Of a stretch of 64,000 nucleotides of DNA, positions 29,961 to 46,722 are shown one piece after another. This stretch comes from the human T2T-CHM13v2.0 reference genome, Homo sapiens. A program made the position numbers and the translations under genes. The stretch lies in assembly GCF_009914755.1 (NCBI RefSeq), contig NC_060932.1; one strand, given 5' to 3'. Positions within the stretch are counted from its first letter, which is position 1, and each line of letters starts with the position of its first letter. Under the pieces are notes generated by a model. The model was not told where the DNA came from. It did no database searches and saw only the letters and a list, made by a program, of their open reading frames with translations.

Positions 29961-30983
29961 TCAAGAATCTATCTTCTTGTGTTAGTCTACCTTAGGCATT
30001 AAGAGACTATACCTACCTTTCAAGCATCTGCCATTCTGCATCACCATTTATATAGTTTAAAGCTCAGACAAAGCATATGCCCTATTCTTAGGGATACCTT
30101 AGTAGAAGCCATAACCCCTTGCCTCAGAGCTGAGTTTCTACCATTTCCTTTGGTGGGTAAAACAATGAAGGTAGGCTGCCAGAGCCAGGGTAGAATCCTA
30201 AGACCCTGGGAAATTGTGACATCTGAAGCTTTCAACCTATAATGGGGAAAATGATAAAAGACAGCACAGAATTGGACCAACTGAGGGGCGATCGCAATTC
30301 TGTTGCTTTCATCCTTAGAGACGTAAGATAAATCAAAATTCATCTGTTTTCTCAGAAATCAATTTGCTGAAATTGAAGGGTCAGGTTTGGTTGTATAGAA
30401 TTCTTCCAAATTTCATGTAAGATATAGAAATACTGACCCATACACAATATACCAACTACTTCCCTATGGGTGGAGTAAATAGGATAGAACCAGTTTTTCT
30501 GAATATAGTGTTCATGAAATGTTACAAAATTGAGTGTTAATCTAAACTAGATTTCTTGGTGACAGGAGAAGATACTGAAATTGAGACATCATCTGTGTCC
30601 TCAGTGACTGGTATAGTACAGTAGAAAGAACGATATGACCAAGAATAATCAGAAAATTGGAGTCAAGCATAGGATCTACACCAAGCAGCTTTGGGGCTTT
30701 TTCCTACTAGTTAGTTATGCCTCATAGAAATCCATTCTACCCCTTACTTCCAGGCTCTTTTTCCAAAAGAATGACTTTGCATAACATCGTTGAGGGCTTC
30801 CCACTCATACACGATCTTAAGAATGGGAGGCCAGTGTGAGCTCTGTGGAGAGCATGTCACACGAGATAATGGGCATCTGCAGGGGAAGGCAGAGGGCTGG
30901 GAAGATGTGGTGTACACATCTGCATCCTGGCTATGGAAGCTTCTAATGTGAATTAAGCACTGGGAACCAGTTATTAAAATTTA

Positions 30984-31302
<319 letters not shown>

Positions 31303-32303
31303 AGGAAAAAATACATTAGAAATTCCAGGTATGAAAGACTCTGCAGTTGCATTAACTTAAATCTCTCTTCCACTTAGGGAGCATAAGCAGCTGGTGATAC
31401 AGAAAAGATTATGCTGTGGCCTCTTGTAGATCAAGGGAAAAGGTGAATTAAGTACAAGTGGCTAGGGAGCATTCCCAGAAAAGCCTCTAAACTAGGAAAC
31501 TCATCACCCCCCACCTCTTTGTTTTCTTGGATAGTAGCAGCAAAAGTAACAACACTCAACAGAATCAGAGGCTTCCAGGAAAAGAGAAACATAGCCTTCT
31601 CTTCCACATATCCTGCCTGAACACCATGCAGCAGTCCGTGGCCAAGGGTCAATGCTCAAGAGCTGCTCACAGTACCAGTTTTGAAAACACACTAAGCTTT
31701 AGAATTTCAGATCTTTACACCTGCAAAATGGAGATTCTACAACAAAGCCACTATTAATCAGAATACTCATGAGATAAGTTACGTTACCCCACTATCACCA
31801 CCAAATGTGGTTCATCATTATTTATTATTCAAAGCCTTCCTAAAAGTGTATGATATAATTTCCTATTTTAGTAAAATATAACATTCAAAATATAATTTTA
31901 TCTTTCTCTACAACTTAAGATCTTATAGTCTGTAGGAATATCATTCTGAATATTTGATACCAACACAAAATAATGAAACCTAAGAGGTGAGAGATAAGAC
32001 CAAATGTCTACTAACCCCAACAAATTAGTGTGTACATATATATGCTGATTTCTAATTTCCTGAGATTCAATTTAACAGCAATGTAAGAGATTAAAATGCT
32101 ATTTATTTGAGCATCTCAATATGGGGTTCATGTTAATCCAAGTTCATTATATCCAACTAGATGTATACAGATTGATTATAAAGATTAATAAAGATATATG
32201 ATCATGCATATATCAAGGACTACAAAAACAACTGCCAACAAAAAGACTGTGCAGGCAACAGGATAACCTTATTATGGGTCCCGTCTTTTCTACTAATTAA
32301 TTA

Positions 32304-32674
<371 letters not shown>

Positions 32675-33612
32675 TCAAAAATTCCATGATTCGTTCAATA
32701 TTGCTAATAAGAGAGTCAGCTGGATACTACTAGGGTTGGTGTAATATTAAACCCAAGTGACAGGACCCACATCTGATGTGCAATGACGCTCCAGAGTGAT
32801 CTCAGTGTCCCCATTTTCTAAAATACTAATGTACTCACAGTGTGTGTGCATGTGAGCACACATATGAATGAGTGTGTCTGTTCACAAAAACTGAATTTTC
32901 ATTTTAGTAAACATCCAGAAGGCCACCCACAAGCAGGGCTAAACACTGAGAATAAAATTCAGTACAGACAGAGCTTGGCCCCAGGACTCTGGTTCATGCT
33001 GACTTAACTCAGGATCTACTAGTTTATCTTCTAGTGAACACATTCTGTAATTCAGTGCTAACACTGGTATCTTCCTTGGTTTATCCACGAAATTGAAGAG
33101 AGGCTTCCAACAGATATTCTAGGCAAAAATCAGAAAACTAATGGGGAATTTAAACTTTGCCATCGATAGGTGCGACTAGTTGTTCTTAGGGACATTAGTT
33201 AAATTGTATCATTTTTTTCCTTCACTCTCAAAGTGGAGATGTGTATTCGTAATACCAAAATGATGCATTTAAAATGGTCATTGATGAGTTTTTAAGTGCA
33301 GAGTCACAACAGATTTCTAGAAGCAATCTTTCAGACTGCTTTCAGTATTGAGTCCAGGCAACAAATACAATTTGCACAAGATCTCACAGCTACCACCTGG
33401 GAACAAGTGGGTGAATTACCGACTCACTGACTCTTATGCATGTTTGGTTCACTTACACCTTTTTCTGATGTAAGACACAAAGATCAAAGAGCCCAGCCTT
33501 AACTTTTATTTGCTATAGTAATTGGTAGAACAATCAGTAAAGAGGTATTAAAAGTCTTTATGTTGTCTACCTACCATTATACAGTATTTTCTGATAATAT
33601 GTCAAAATAATA

Positions 33613-33832
33613 CAAGATAAGTGTCCCTTACCCAAAATGCTTGAGACCAGAAGTATTTCAGATTTCTGGTTTTTTTCAGATTTTGGAATATTTGCATTGC
33701 ACTCGCTAGTTGGCATTCCAAATCCAAAAATCTGAAATCCTGTACGTTCCAGTGAGCATTTCCTTTTGAGTGTCATGTTGGTGCTCAAAAAGTTGAGATT
33801 TTGGAGGATTTCAGATATGGGATGCTCAATCT
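33613..33832 (+). mobile_element. Tigger4a (MER46A) DNA element
   Basis: cccttacccaaaatgcttgagaccagaag...gattttggaatatttgcatt...gggatgctcaatct. Confidence 0.8.
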
Positions 33833-34597
33833 ACATTTATTTGTCTAATTGAATGATTTTTCTTCCCCTTTTCTCCAGGTTTACAATAACATATTTAGCA
33901 ATAACAATGTTTAGAAGTATTCCTCTTGAATAAATAAGCAACATTCCCCTCCATGTTAGAAACAGCCCCCTCTCCTCACTAGATGACTGCCAAGAATGAC
34001 AACACCCCTTGAAAACAGCAAGGTGCACTAGAAATGGGATGAGAGAGGCTGAAGAACACAAATGATCATCTGCTGGGGTCCACAGGTAACATGCTTCACC
34101 ACTTTTATAACTCTTTTTAGATTCTCATCCTCAGAATCTCTGGACGGTGCTTTCAAGTGAGAATTTGTGTGAAGCCCTCCTTGGATACAAATTTGAAAAA
34201 TAAATGTCCTCCTCTTTCTCTTTCACTCCTATTCTCCCTCTAAAAGGAGGCCTGACAGGGTGGAAGTAGATGGAGGCAAGGAAGTAGTCACAAAGAAAAC
34301 ATGTATTAAAAGAAAATTAGTAGAAATACTCAGTGATTTTCAAGAGAGCAATGTCCTAGAAAATAAATTTTGTAGTTGTTTATCCTCACTTTCTGAAGGT
34401 CTTTAGCTCTCATGATACTCATTTGTTCCTAAAAAGCTAGAAAGGGAAGACTATAATAGGGAGGGACTTTAACCCTCTCAGCCACCTTCTCCCATCCCCC
34501 TTTGTTACAAACTGCCTATCAGGTAACTTCAGATAATCTGTGGCTAACTTAATGAGCATCCATTCTTAAGGGATGGTATATACAAATGAGGGAGAAC

Positions 34598-34800
34598 GTG
34601 TGTGTGTTGTGTGTGTGGGTGTGGTGTACGGAAGAGAGTGTGTATTACTGAAGGGGATTTCAACGTATCATGAGATTGTTAGGAAAGAAGCTTTGCCTCT
34701 ACCCTCTGGCAGCATAAGTGAAGACTTTTAAGGCACAATATGGAGAGAGGAGACAGGAGAGAGGGAGAAGGGAGAAGGGAGAGGGGAGACGGGGAGAGAA
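34598..34800. repeat. Imperfect (TG)n and GA-rich tract
   Basis: Directly visible low-complexity sequence. Confidence 0.75.
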
Positions 34801-36009
34801 TTATCTCAACACAAAAACCACATACTAGAAAAAGAACAGATGTCCCACGGAGCAGGGAAGTAGAATCTATACGGGGAGAACAGATTAGACTCAAGTTGGT
34901 ATCAAGAATAAAGGACCCTCAAGGTAGGCTTTACATTATATGCTCAATAAAACCAGACCTGCTCTACACTTTCCATCTGATGTAGCTACAGGTGACTACC
35001 TATAAAAAGGACATGGTCTTATAATATCCTTATATTCATGATAGCTTTTGAGAGCCTCATGCTTAACCATGTTTTATACTTCTTCAACTAGAGGTATTCT
35101 TCAAATAGAAAATATATCAGATACAATTTATTAAGGTCTAGTAAGAAAATTAAAAATCAACAAGAATTTACTTAGAGTCCTGTAGATACCCAAGTGTTAT
35201 GAGTTCCTATCATTTAGCAAATAAATTTACTATGTAGTTAGACAAGGTTTAGAACACAGCATCCACCATTAAGTGCTCACATACTTCAGCTAAGATGATA
35301 ACCAAGAGTCATTTTCCTACCTTTTGGCACTTGAGTCCCATTAATCAAGATTCCCCTTATTTCTGTGTTTCATTTCTAACTACTCCTGTTGTGATGATCT
35401 AAAATAGATGGCAGGTTGTAGCCTTCATAGCAAGATACGCACATGGCGAAGAACACTGAGAGACAGACAGCCATGGGCACAGTGCCCACTGCCCTTCCTG
35501 CACTCTATGCCTACTACATTATTGTACATTTGTTGATACACTGCTTTGTAATCCCATTCACGTAACTTAATGTTTGCCATTTCTCTTACTACACCGTAAG
35601 ATGTGGGTAGGACTATATATATTGCTTCTGTATACCTAAAACATGACTACTTTACTGCATGCACTATCATTGCTCCAGAAATGAGTACAGACTAAATTGA
35701 AAAATGCTACCGGTTGGATGGGGAATGAAAAACAAATCAGGGCTTTCATGTAATCAACAAGTTCCATTTGTATCACTAGAGGAGGCTCTATGTCATATCA
35801 GAAAGAGATTTTTGGAAATATATAGTTTCAGGTTCAAATTCCAGAACTACCTACCTGACAATATGATTTAATTCATCTCTCTATACCTTAGTGTTTTCAG
35901 CTAAAAATGGGGTAAGTTCTCTCTCCCAAGCTACTGGTAAGAATTTGATGAAATAAAAAGCATATTATGCCTAGCAGAATGTAGGTATGCAAGAAAAGTT
36001 TCCTTCTTA

Positions 36010-36358
<349 letters not shown>

Positions 36359-36882
36359 CTAGAAAGTAAATGAAACAAACTTTTCAAGAGACTTAACCGT
36401 GAGCTACAATATAAATACTCAAAGATAAAATTTTAAAGGTGGATTTAACCAGTGATTTAAGAAACAGCATGAATTGCTCAAACACTAAAAACATATTTCA
36501 CATTATTAATTAAATTATCTTTACTATGTATGCTTAGAAATTGCTTTAAAAGACAAGAGAAAAAGAAAACGGCAGTTGTGAATAAAGTAAATTCTAGGTA
36601 GTAAGCAATTAAAACCTCTTTTTGTGTTCATGGTAAATACTGTTAATTATATCACAGATACTCATAAGCAACCAAAAACCCTGTGTATTGATTGTAAAGA
36701 GCAGCTGTAATTTCCCCTATATATATTTAAAACAAAACAAAACCCGGGGAAATCTGAGAGAAAGGATGGCCTATTTTTCTTAACATTTTATAAAATAAAA
36801 AGGCCATGTCTGTTAAGGTATGATAATCTGAAATATAGTCAAAATGAAACAAAAACTGTCCAATATAAATTAAGGGTTTTTT

Positions 36883-37198
36883 GGCCAGGTGTGGTGGCTC
36901 ATGCTTGTAAACCCAGCATTTAGGGAGGCAGAGATGGGCGGATCACTTGAGCCCGGGAGTTAGAGACTAGCCTGGCCAACATGCTTAAATCCTGTCTCTA
37001 CAAAAAAATACAAAAATTAGCCGGATGTGGTGGTATACACCTGTAATCTCAGCTAATCAGGACACTGAGGCAGGAGGATCAATCTAGCTCGGGAGGTCGA
37101 GGCTGCAGTGAGCTATGACTGCACCACTGCACTTCGGCCTGGGTGAAAGAGCAAGATCCTGTCTCAAAAAATATATTAATTAATTAATTAATTAATTA
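36883..37198 (+). mobile_element. AluJ with (TTAA)n tail
   Basis: Full dimer; tail ttaattaattaattaattaatta. Confidence 0.88.
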
Positions 37199-38220
37199 GG
37201 TTTTTAAAAGTAATTGAAAGGATTCTCTAGTCACTCTTAGAATGTAGTATTTTCTCTTTTTTAAATTTTTTTCTTTTCACTGCTGGAACAAAAGAATGTA
37301 CTCTTTTCTAAATCAAAGCTGAAATTTGCTTTAGAATTGAAAACTTTCTTCAACTTTGCGTAAAAAGGTCCTATATAGGCTTCTGATTATGGGAATTCTA
37401 AATTACTTTTTAAGAATTTTTTTACTGAATAAAACTTGTGAAGTCATTTTTAAAGAGACGAATCAAAGGGAGTAGGGCTGGGCCCTGTTTTTCCATCTTT
37501 CAAAACAAAATAACCATGTTAATAGAAAAGCTAAACACACATCCTATTGAAAGCATTATCTGTGTAACCTCATTTGAAGCCACGAAACAGCATAATATCA
37601 TTTCTGTAACCTGCATTTCCTTTGTTAATTAATGGCAGATTATCATGTCTGATAAAATAGGCAATTTATCAACTTCATGGACTTCAGTCTAGCTAGTAGC
37701 CACAATGATATGAGCCTGCAGACCCTCACTGTAGAGAAAATGGCATACACAGCATTAAGCCTTGTCACAGCCTTACCTATAATGACAAAGTCAGCCTGAA
37801 ACTTTATTTTGAAAATTACTAGTTAATTCTTTTTTGGCTTTCTCCGTCTTTTGCTTGTTTGTTTGTTTGTTTTAAGAGAACCAAGTTTCACAAGCCAAAA
37901 ACTGCAAATGCCAGATTGGGCTGGATTCCCAATTTGGCCTCTAACTGGCTAATTAGGTGCAAATCACTGGGCAAGTTATTTAACTTCTCAGTGCCTTTGT
38001 CTACCCGTCTTTAAAATAGGATCATAATAGCAGCTACATCATAGGTTTGAGGATTATGTGAATTACTATGAGAAAGGCTTAGAACACTACTTGGCACATG
38101 ATAAGCACAATAGGCATGCTAGCTATTATAAATGATCTTTCAGTTCCAAGAATTTTTTATTCACTATGATGTGAAAGAGGAAGGGTTATTTTTTTTCCTT
38201 TTAAAAATATGGAGGAAATA

Positions 38221-38537
<317 letters not shown>

Positions 38538-39748
38538 TTACAATATTGGAAATAGATAAACACAGGGCACACACATTACGGTTTAAAGGAACATGCTTCT
38601 GCATTTAGGATATGTTAAAAATACATTTAAAAGATAACAGCAATATTTTACAAAAGGCTATCATTTCCTATTTCCAAAAGATACTTTAAAGAGGAAATTT
38701 GAACCTGACTTTGATACGCAATATGTCAGCGCACAAGTGCAAATAGTTTATGTGTCAGACAATAAAGATTTTATGAAATTTTGTGAATATTTTGAAGCAG
38801 CAGCAACAATTAAACATCTAACCTCTATATTAGAGAAAAAATTTAACTGTTCCCAAAGCATCTAGTTACAAAAAAATCTAAATTCTACTCAGTTAATAAA
38901 ATAAAATCTACTGTTTTATATTAATAAGAAACTCATCAAACCAATTTGTCCAATAGATGTTTAAGTCAAAGAATTTTATATTTCTATTCTATTCAAATAT
39001 AATAGCGTAAGTAATCATGATACAGTTTCAAAATACATGAGTTCAAAACTATCTTCTATTTTCATACTCTGTCTTATAACCCAGGAAACAGAAGTGTTTT
39101 CTGGACTGTAATAAAACCGCCACTTAAAAGGAAGAATTAGTAATCTAGATCAAATAGCCTTTTTAATGACAAAGAATTGAAAAGTTGAGAGATGAACTGT
39201 TTTCACTGGCCACTACTCTCTATATTCTAGAATAAGCTACCAATTCAATAATTATGACACAGCTGTTTCTTTTAAAGATAGTCTTTTATAGTCTAGGTAA
39301 AGATTTAAAAGTCTCAGTACTCATATCCAACACTGGTAGGTATCTTAAAAATTTCCCCATTCATCCTTCCACTGAAACTCTGGCCTATCACATCCTTGCT
39401 TTCCCAGTTCTTTTCACTTCTCAGGGAAACATGATAAAACCATGCTGGGGTTCTGTCATACTGATAGTTAACAAATTTCCAGACCATTAGGTTGACACTA
39501 ATGTGTGACTTCTGCTTGTAAAATTTATGTAACTGGCACCAAAAAAGCCAAAACTGTTGGTTTAAAAAAAGGAAGTCCTTAATTCTACTTTTTAAAAAGT
39601 AGTGAAAACAAACAATTCCATACACAGTGGCACCACAAAAGCAACCTTGCATGGAAGCATGCAGTTAAAAGATCCTCCTCAAAATTGGACTACATTGATT
39701 TAAACTGTATGTTGACTCCCTACTTGGCCATTATTAAGTGCTACACAC

Positions 39749-39920
39749 TTTTTTTTTTCTTTAAGAGACTGGATCTTGCTATGTCGCCCAAGCTGGGGTG
39801 CAGTGGCTATTCACAGGTAATCAGGACACACTACAGCCTCCAACTCTTGGGCTCAAGCAATCCTCCTGCCTCAAGGCTCCTGAGTAGCTGGGACTACAGA
39901 ACACGCCACTGTGCTCAGCT
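39749..39920 (-). mobile_element. FAM (fossil Alu monomer)
   Basis: Contains the 7SL-like cagtggctattcacagg segment typical of FAM. Confidence 0.75.
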
Positions 39921-40086
39921 AAATGCTACCCCTACGTATACTTCTTACTTTCTCTTTAATCTTTGTAGATGAGAAGGCAAAATATAATGGTGCCTAGGCC
40001 TCAGCTAAATGCTACCCCTACGTATACTTCTTACTTTCTCTTTAATCTTTGTAGATGAGAAGGCAAAATATAATGGTGCCTAGGCC
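39914..40086. repeat. Perfect tandem duplication, 86-bp unit x2
   Basis: 39914-39999 is identical to 40000-40085. Confidence 0.97.
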
Positions 40087-40106
40087 AAAAAATACATTTC
40101 CATTGA

Positions 40107-40409
40107 TTTTTTTTTTTTTTTTTTTTGAGATGGAGTCTCGCTCTGTTGCCCAGGCTAGAGTGCAGTGGCGCGATTTCTCGGCTCACTACCAGCTCCGCCT
40201 CCTGGGTTCACACCATTCTCCTGCCTCAGCCTCCCAAATAGCTGGGACTACAGGCGCCCGCCACCACACCCGGCTAATTTTTTGTATTTTTAGTAGACAC
40301 GGGGTTTCACCATGTTAGCCAGGATGGTCTCGATCTCCTAACCTCGTGATCCGCCTGCCTCGGCCTCTCAAAGTGCTGGGATTACAGGTGTGAGCCAACG
40401 CGCCCGGCC
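40107..40409 (-). mobile_element. AluY
   Basis: gggttcacaccattctcctgcc and aggatggtctcgatctc diagnostics; TSD atttccattgatt. Confidence 0.92.
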
Positions 40410-41735
40410 TATTTCCATTGATTATAGACATCCATGAATCATTCATGAAATAGCAAACAAGGCTTAGACAACCTAATGCATGGAATTAAGATAAAAATCA
40501 TAATTTGCAAAGCTTACTGTTAATTTCTCTGGTTTTCTCCCATTATACTGAGTCTCAAGCTAGCAATACAAGTCAAAATAAATAGAAATACCTATATCCT
40601 AATGCTAAAGAATCACAGTAAAATAAAAAAAACTTAATTGCATGGCTATGGATAATTTTATAAATGCTTAATTTAGACCCTTGTATCTAGATGTTATAAA
40701 TGGTTCAAAATAACATGTATGAATTTCAGCTTAAAAAAAAAACAAAACTATAAGGTGTTTGATGGAAACAGCCTGACTTTACTTGCTATTTTATCTTTAA
40801 GGGGATTCTGGCAAAGTTAGCTGACTCAAATTCAGCACCTGCCTAGAAAATAACATACATCTGGCATTTGCCTTCCAAAGTGAAAGTGAACAGCCTAGCT
40901 AAAAATCCTACTAACTGACCCAAATCTAATGCCAAGTATTTCAAAAGTTACTGTGGTGGCATTTATGTGAAATTCTACTTGTCACAGACCTTCTCCCTGA
41001 AGCTAACAACTGTACCACCCAGACAAGTGGAATATTCAAGTTTGAATTGAACCCTAAGGACCAACAACAAAAACAACAAACAGATATGTATTTTATTAAC
41101 AATCTATTAAACCACTTATCCCACTCCTATGCATAAATCTCTCCTGTTTTCTAGTACAGAAAGCATAGCTGAGAAATTATGGCCCACCCTAACTTTCTCA
41201 GAATATTCTGACACCAGTCCTACCTCCTCTAAACATGCTAACTCAAAAGATTTACACAAGATATGGACTGGTAATACTTTTCATTTTAATTACTTTCAAA
41301 GAATACCAGCTATGCCAACAGAGGTCACACTTAGAAATTTTCAATTTAAAAAAAGTTGCTCCCACAGTAAAGTGGCTCTAAGCTAAAATTCAATTCTCTT
41401 ATACTCCAAGAAACAACATCCTTGTGCATTCTGAAAAAAAAATTAAATTACTGTCTAATTCTAAATACATGATTTCCAACATCATTCTACTTGTCTGTCC
41501 ATATGAAGACAGCAATGCCATCATGCAGAATGAAGATTGCCTGGACTGTGATTTGTTCAACCTCACTAAGCAAGACACACCTACCTTAAGAGGTGCGTGT
41601 CTTCCTAAGAGCACACTCTGAGAGCTCTGTTAACACTAAGTAATAAACAAAACATTTACTAATGATAGCATTTTGTTGTTGTTGCTACTGCTTTAACCTC
41701 GATTCACATGGACAGATTAAGACTTTGAATAAGTT

Positions 41736-42488
<753 letters not shown>

Positions 42489-45400
42489 GAATCAGAAAAC
42501 CTAAACACAATGTAAAAATATCGAACAAGGAAACATGGAGTTAAACTTGCATGGATAGATAATCCTTTTTAATTTAATAATTTTTGGCAACCATTCTTTG
42601 TATTTCCTATAGCACTTAGCCTAGGCTAGGGATGGCCTAAGGGTAAAAGGAAGTCAGGAAGAGAGAAAGGAGAGTTAATGGTGCTGAATGATTTAGTTTA
42701 ATGAGGAAAACTAAGCTAACCGGTTCACACTAATGTGTGCACATAAAAGGAAGAAAACAACAAGAAAAGAGTAAACTGCCTGTCAGTTTCCAACTGCTGG
42801 CTTTGTGTCAACAACACCCATCAGAAGATCATTTCAATGTGAGCCTACATCATCCTGAGTTCAGTAGTCCGTTCTGCGTATTAAGTGCAGAGGAGTCTAC
42901 CCTGTGAGACCAGGATCGTGATTCTACTCTGAACAGTTAAATGACTGAGGGCATTTTGTCAACTTAAATTTTTTTTTTAATTCTACAGATGACAGTGCCT
43001 ACCATGCTGTCATTTGAAGAAAATACCACAAAAATAGTGATATAAATAAATATGGGCAGATTTTGCCTAAAGCAAAAGATATATATTTCAGTATTCTCAA
43101 TTTTAGTTTAGATTAATACTGATTTTCAGTAGATAGTGCCCAAAGCCTGATACCTGTACCTCAAATCAAAGTGCCCATATCTTCATGGATACATATACAT
43201 CCAGTTAAATCAGATATCTAATCACAAATCTTCTCACATCTATGAACAAAGGAGGGATTAAAAACTCCAACAAATATTCATTTGAAATGTATTTCAACCA
43301 TGTCATATCCAATATGGTCAAAGTTTCTCTTAGGCCTTGATATGCTTAATTTTTAGTATATAGCACTTAGTACACAACAACAAAGTAAACTGGTACTACA
43401 TGAAGTATATATTGTGTTTTATTGTACAGTGGAGAACTTCTCCCCCATGTTGGTATTTAAGAGTTGGGCTGTACTTAGCATGTGTGAACAATTCACCAAC
43501 CTACCTTCACCCTATCCTCCCACCCAAATCTTCCAACACAGAGAAAACTTATAAATAAATCCAAGGTCTATATAAATCCACAGTGAGTTCAACTTTCTGT
43601 AGTGAAAGGAAAATTACATTTCAAAGCTATATTGCCAAATAGATTTATATAACTCTTGCTCCTGTTTTGATTATCAATGCCAAGTAAATTTTATTGGCTA
43701 ACTTTAAAAATGCTTAAAATGTGAGACTAGAATGGAAATACTGACCTAGCTGTACATTAAAAATCATAGTTCAGTCTGTTCAATAAGTTTTGTCTTTTTA
43801 ACTCAAACTACAGAATTCCATTTTTCATATACTCAAATCTGGAATTTGCATTTACACTCATAGATACAACTCTTTTGGAAAGTCTAAGGAAGTATATAAA
43901 TAATAATATTTTCAAATCAAAATCTTAAGGTATATTCAACAAAGTTGTCCTTCAGAACATTTTGTCCACTTTATAAATTTAAGACCCAAAATATAATAAT
44001 TATATTTTTACATAGTATGTCCTACTCAGCTTTGAAAATAAACTAAGTAAGAGAAGCTAAAGTTCTATCTGAACCAACTCCTGATATACTGCAAGGCTAT
44101 ATACTAAACTTCATTTCTTCAATAGTTAAAGTATTTTTCCCAGAGATACAAACTATCAAATTTTTCAAGATAAAGGTTCTAAGTAATTCTATAGTCACTA
44201 TATTTCAAACAATCTGTTCTTTGCAAGAAAAGTGATTTATCCAATGAACCACAGATGCCACTTACAATCTAAAATTTCTAATATTGCATGAGAGAAAGAA
44301 TGCTGATTCATATTAATAGCATATCATGTTTACAACAGAAAAAGGAATTAGAATAGCTGTCCCCCATGCCCCTACCCATAATCTGTGAGTATAAAATCAA
44401 AGTCTCAGAGTAGAACTTAAATAGTTTAGGTAATCATTACATTTCAAATGAGTCGTCATGTTTCAGTTTGGAATAACAATTACAAGTTAAGGTCTCCTAA
44501 TGAAATATAAGTGAAATAATGTTTGGCTTTTAAATTAATTTTGAAGTCTTCAAATATGAATATGATTTTCATGTACTACAATTGTTGTCACAAATATTCT
44601 TGTACTAGGGGTATTTAGGCAGAAAATGGAGCTCAGTGGTTAAGGTCAAGGTCTTTGGAGTGGCAAACTGCCTCTTACTTGATATGACCTTGGAAAAGTC
44701 ATTTAACCTCTCTGAGCTTCAACTTCCTTATCTGTTATTTTGAAGACAACCAAAAGGCACTTACATAATGCCTAGCATACAGTAAAAGAGCAATAAGTAA
44801 TAGTTGTTATTAGTATTATCAGTAGAATCTCTGCAAATTGCACTTGTAAAATAGATGTGAATCAGAAACAGCTGTATAATCCCTAAAATTTTACTTTCAA
44901 TAATTCTTAAAGGTCAGACTTAATTCCTTCTATAAATGAAAAATCCTGATGGCAGAAAGAGAAGCAAATGTCTGAAAAAGGTAAGAAAGAACAAAAAAAT
45001 AAAACGAGACAAGAACCCAATAACAACTGACATCCTGAAGCACAAAGAAAACTGTCATGGACACAAGGAAAGGAAATAAGTAGTCAGCTTATAAAATTAT
45101 GCCTACCGCTACCTTTGATAATGAGTTCAAACACATCAATATATAGGGCAGGAAAATGACCAAAACATTTCCCCAACCTAGAAACAAAAAACGAAATAAG
45201 TTACATTTTGTATCAAGTGGCAGGTAGTGGGAAAATATTAATTTATTTGGTTTGCAGCGATATAAACTGGACAACTTTCAAATCTACTTTGCTCTCTATA
45301 AATATACCACAAAACACATCTAATATGTTAATATGATCCAGTATGGAGACGAGAAGCTGCCACACTTCCTTCAGGTTTGTTCTTTACTTGATTGTAAGAA

Positions 45401-45581
45401 CCTTCTGGGACAGTGACAAAATAAATGTGGAATTGGAAGAGTTATCTTCTTAATTCTACCCTGATTAAGCATATTTGGATACACAAAATATCTAATACAA
45501 CTAATTTTTCATAACATTTAAGAGCTATATACCTTAAGTTCACGGTATAAATTAATTTCATATCTAGAAATAAGCTTAAGA

Positions 45582-45879
45582 GTCTGGGCGCAGTGGCTCA
45601 CGTCTGTAATCCAAGCACTTTGGGAGGCCGAGGCAGGCAGATCACTTGAGGTCAGGAGCTCAAGACCAGCCTGGCCAATATGGTGAAACCCCGTCTCTAT
45701 TAAAAATACAAAAAAAATTAGTGGTGCATGCTGGTGGACACCTGTAATCCCAGCTACTCATGAGGCTGAGGCAGGAGAATCGCTTGAACCCATGAGGCGG
45801 AGGTTGCAGTGAGCCAAGATTGCACCACTGCACTCCAGACTGGGTGAAAGAGCGAGATTCCATCTCAAAAACAAAAAAT
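45582..45879 (+). mobile_element. AluS
   Basis: TSD gaaataagcttaa. Confidence 0.9.
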
Positions 45880-46665
45880 GAAATAAGCTTAATAAACTAT
45901 TTCTATTTGTATTTACAAAGTTCAGTGTCTCTGAATATAAATATATTCTTAATGTTTATTACCCGATAATTACTTTAACAAACGTTTATTTAGTCTTTAC
46001 TGTATACCAGGCACCATCCTAAGTGTTAGGGATGCTGTTTTGAACAAGATAGAAATGGTCCCGATGTTCATGAAGCTAGCAGGGAAAGTTGTAAAGAGTA
46101 AGTAAAAATATATCACATGATCATAAATATTGTGATAAAAATCAATTTCAGCTGTGTGATACGGAGTGCTTGAGAAGCTATTTTACACAGGTTGGACAAG
46201 AAAGGTTGGCTCATTGCATTTTATAACATCTACCCCTGTAAGTCTGAGATTTGCTGCTAAAATCTGTAGTAACTTTTCTTTTCTCCTCTTTTATGCTAGT
46301 TTGCTAAGAAATGAGAAATACCACCACTCAAATTTTTACATATAAAAATAAATATAATAAACATTTTGTCAGGCTATGAAATTAGAATAAACTGTAATCA
46401 ACTCATCCAATGGGTATAATGTAAACTCATCCCAAATAGATATAGTAACCACTGATAAACAGATATGAGCATTTTACCTTTAAATGTTATTTCCAATACA
46501 TTTGTAAGGAACTTTCATAATAAAAATGAAATATAGACAAATATACAGTTTATTGTTTTTATTTAAAATCATCTTATTTACATATTTTCCTAAACTATAT
46601 AAAGAATTTTAAAATTTTAATTAAATATCAAAGTATCCAATATGAAGAATTCAACGTTAACTCAC

Positions 46666-46722
46666 CTGTGCCTGTAAACAGTGCAGAAGATCTATAAGTG
46701 TGTAGCCAAATCCAAGAGAAAT
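46666..46722 (-). other. NCOA2: NCOA2 exon 2 (57 nt, non-coding 5'UTR exon)
   Basis: The minus strand reads tttatttgtttgtttatattacag|ATTTCTCTTGGATTTGGCTACACACTTATAGATCTTCTGCACTGTTTACAGGCACAG|gtgagt. Acceptor and donor are canonical. It matches my recollection of the NCOA2 5'UTR upstream of the ATG exon. It contains no ATG. Confidence 0.92.

Noticed and set aside
34679-34985. Overlapping ORFs on both strands
   Set aside because: They result from a GA-rich low-complexity tract.
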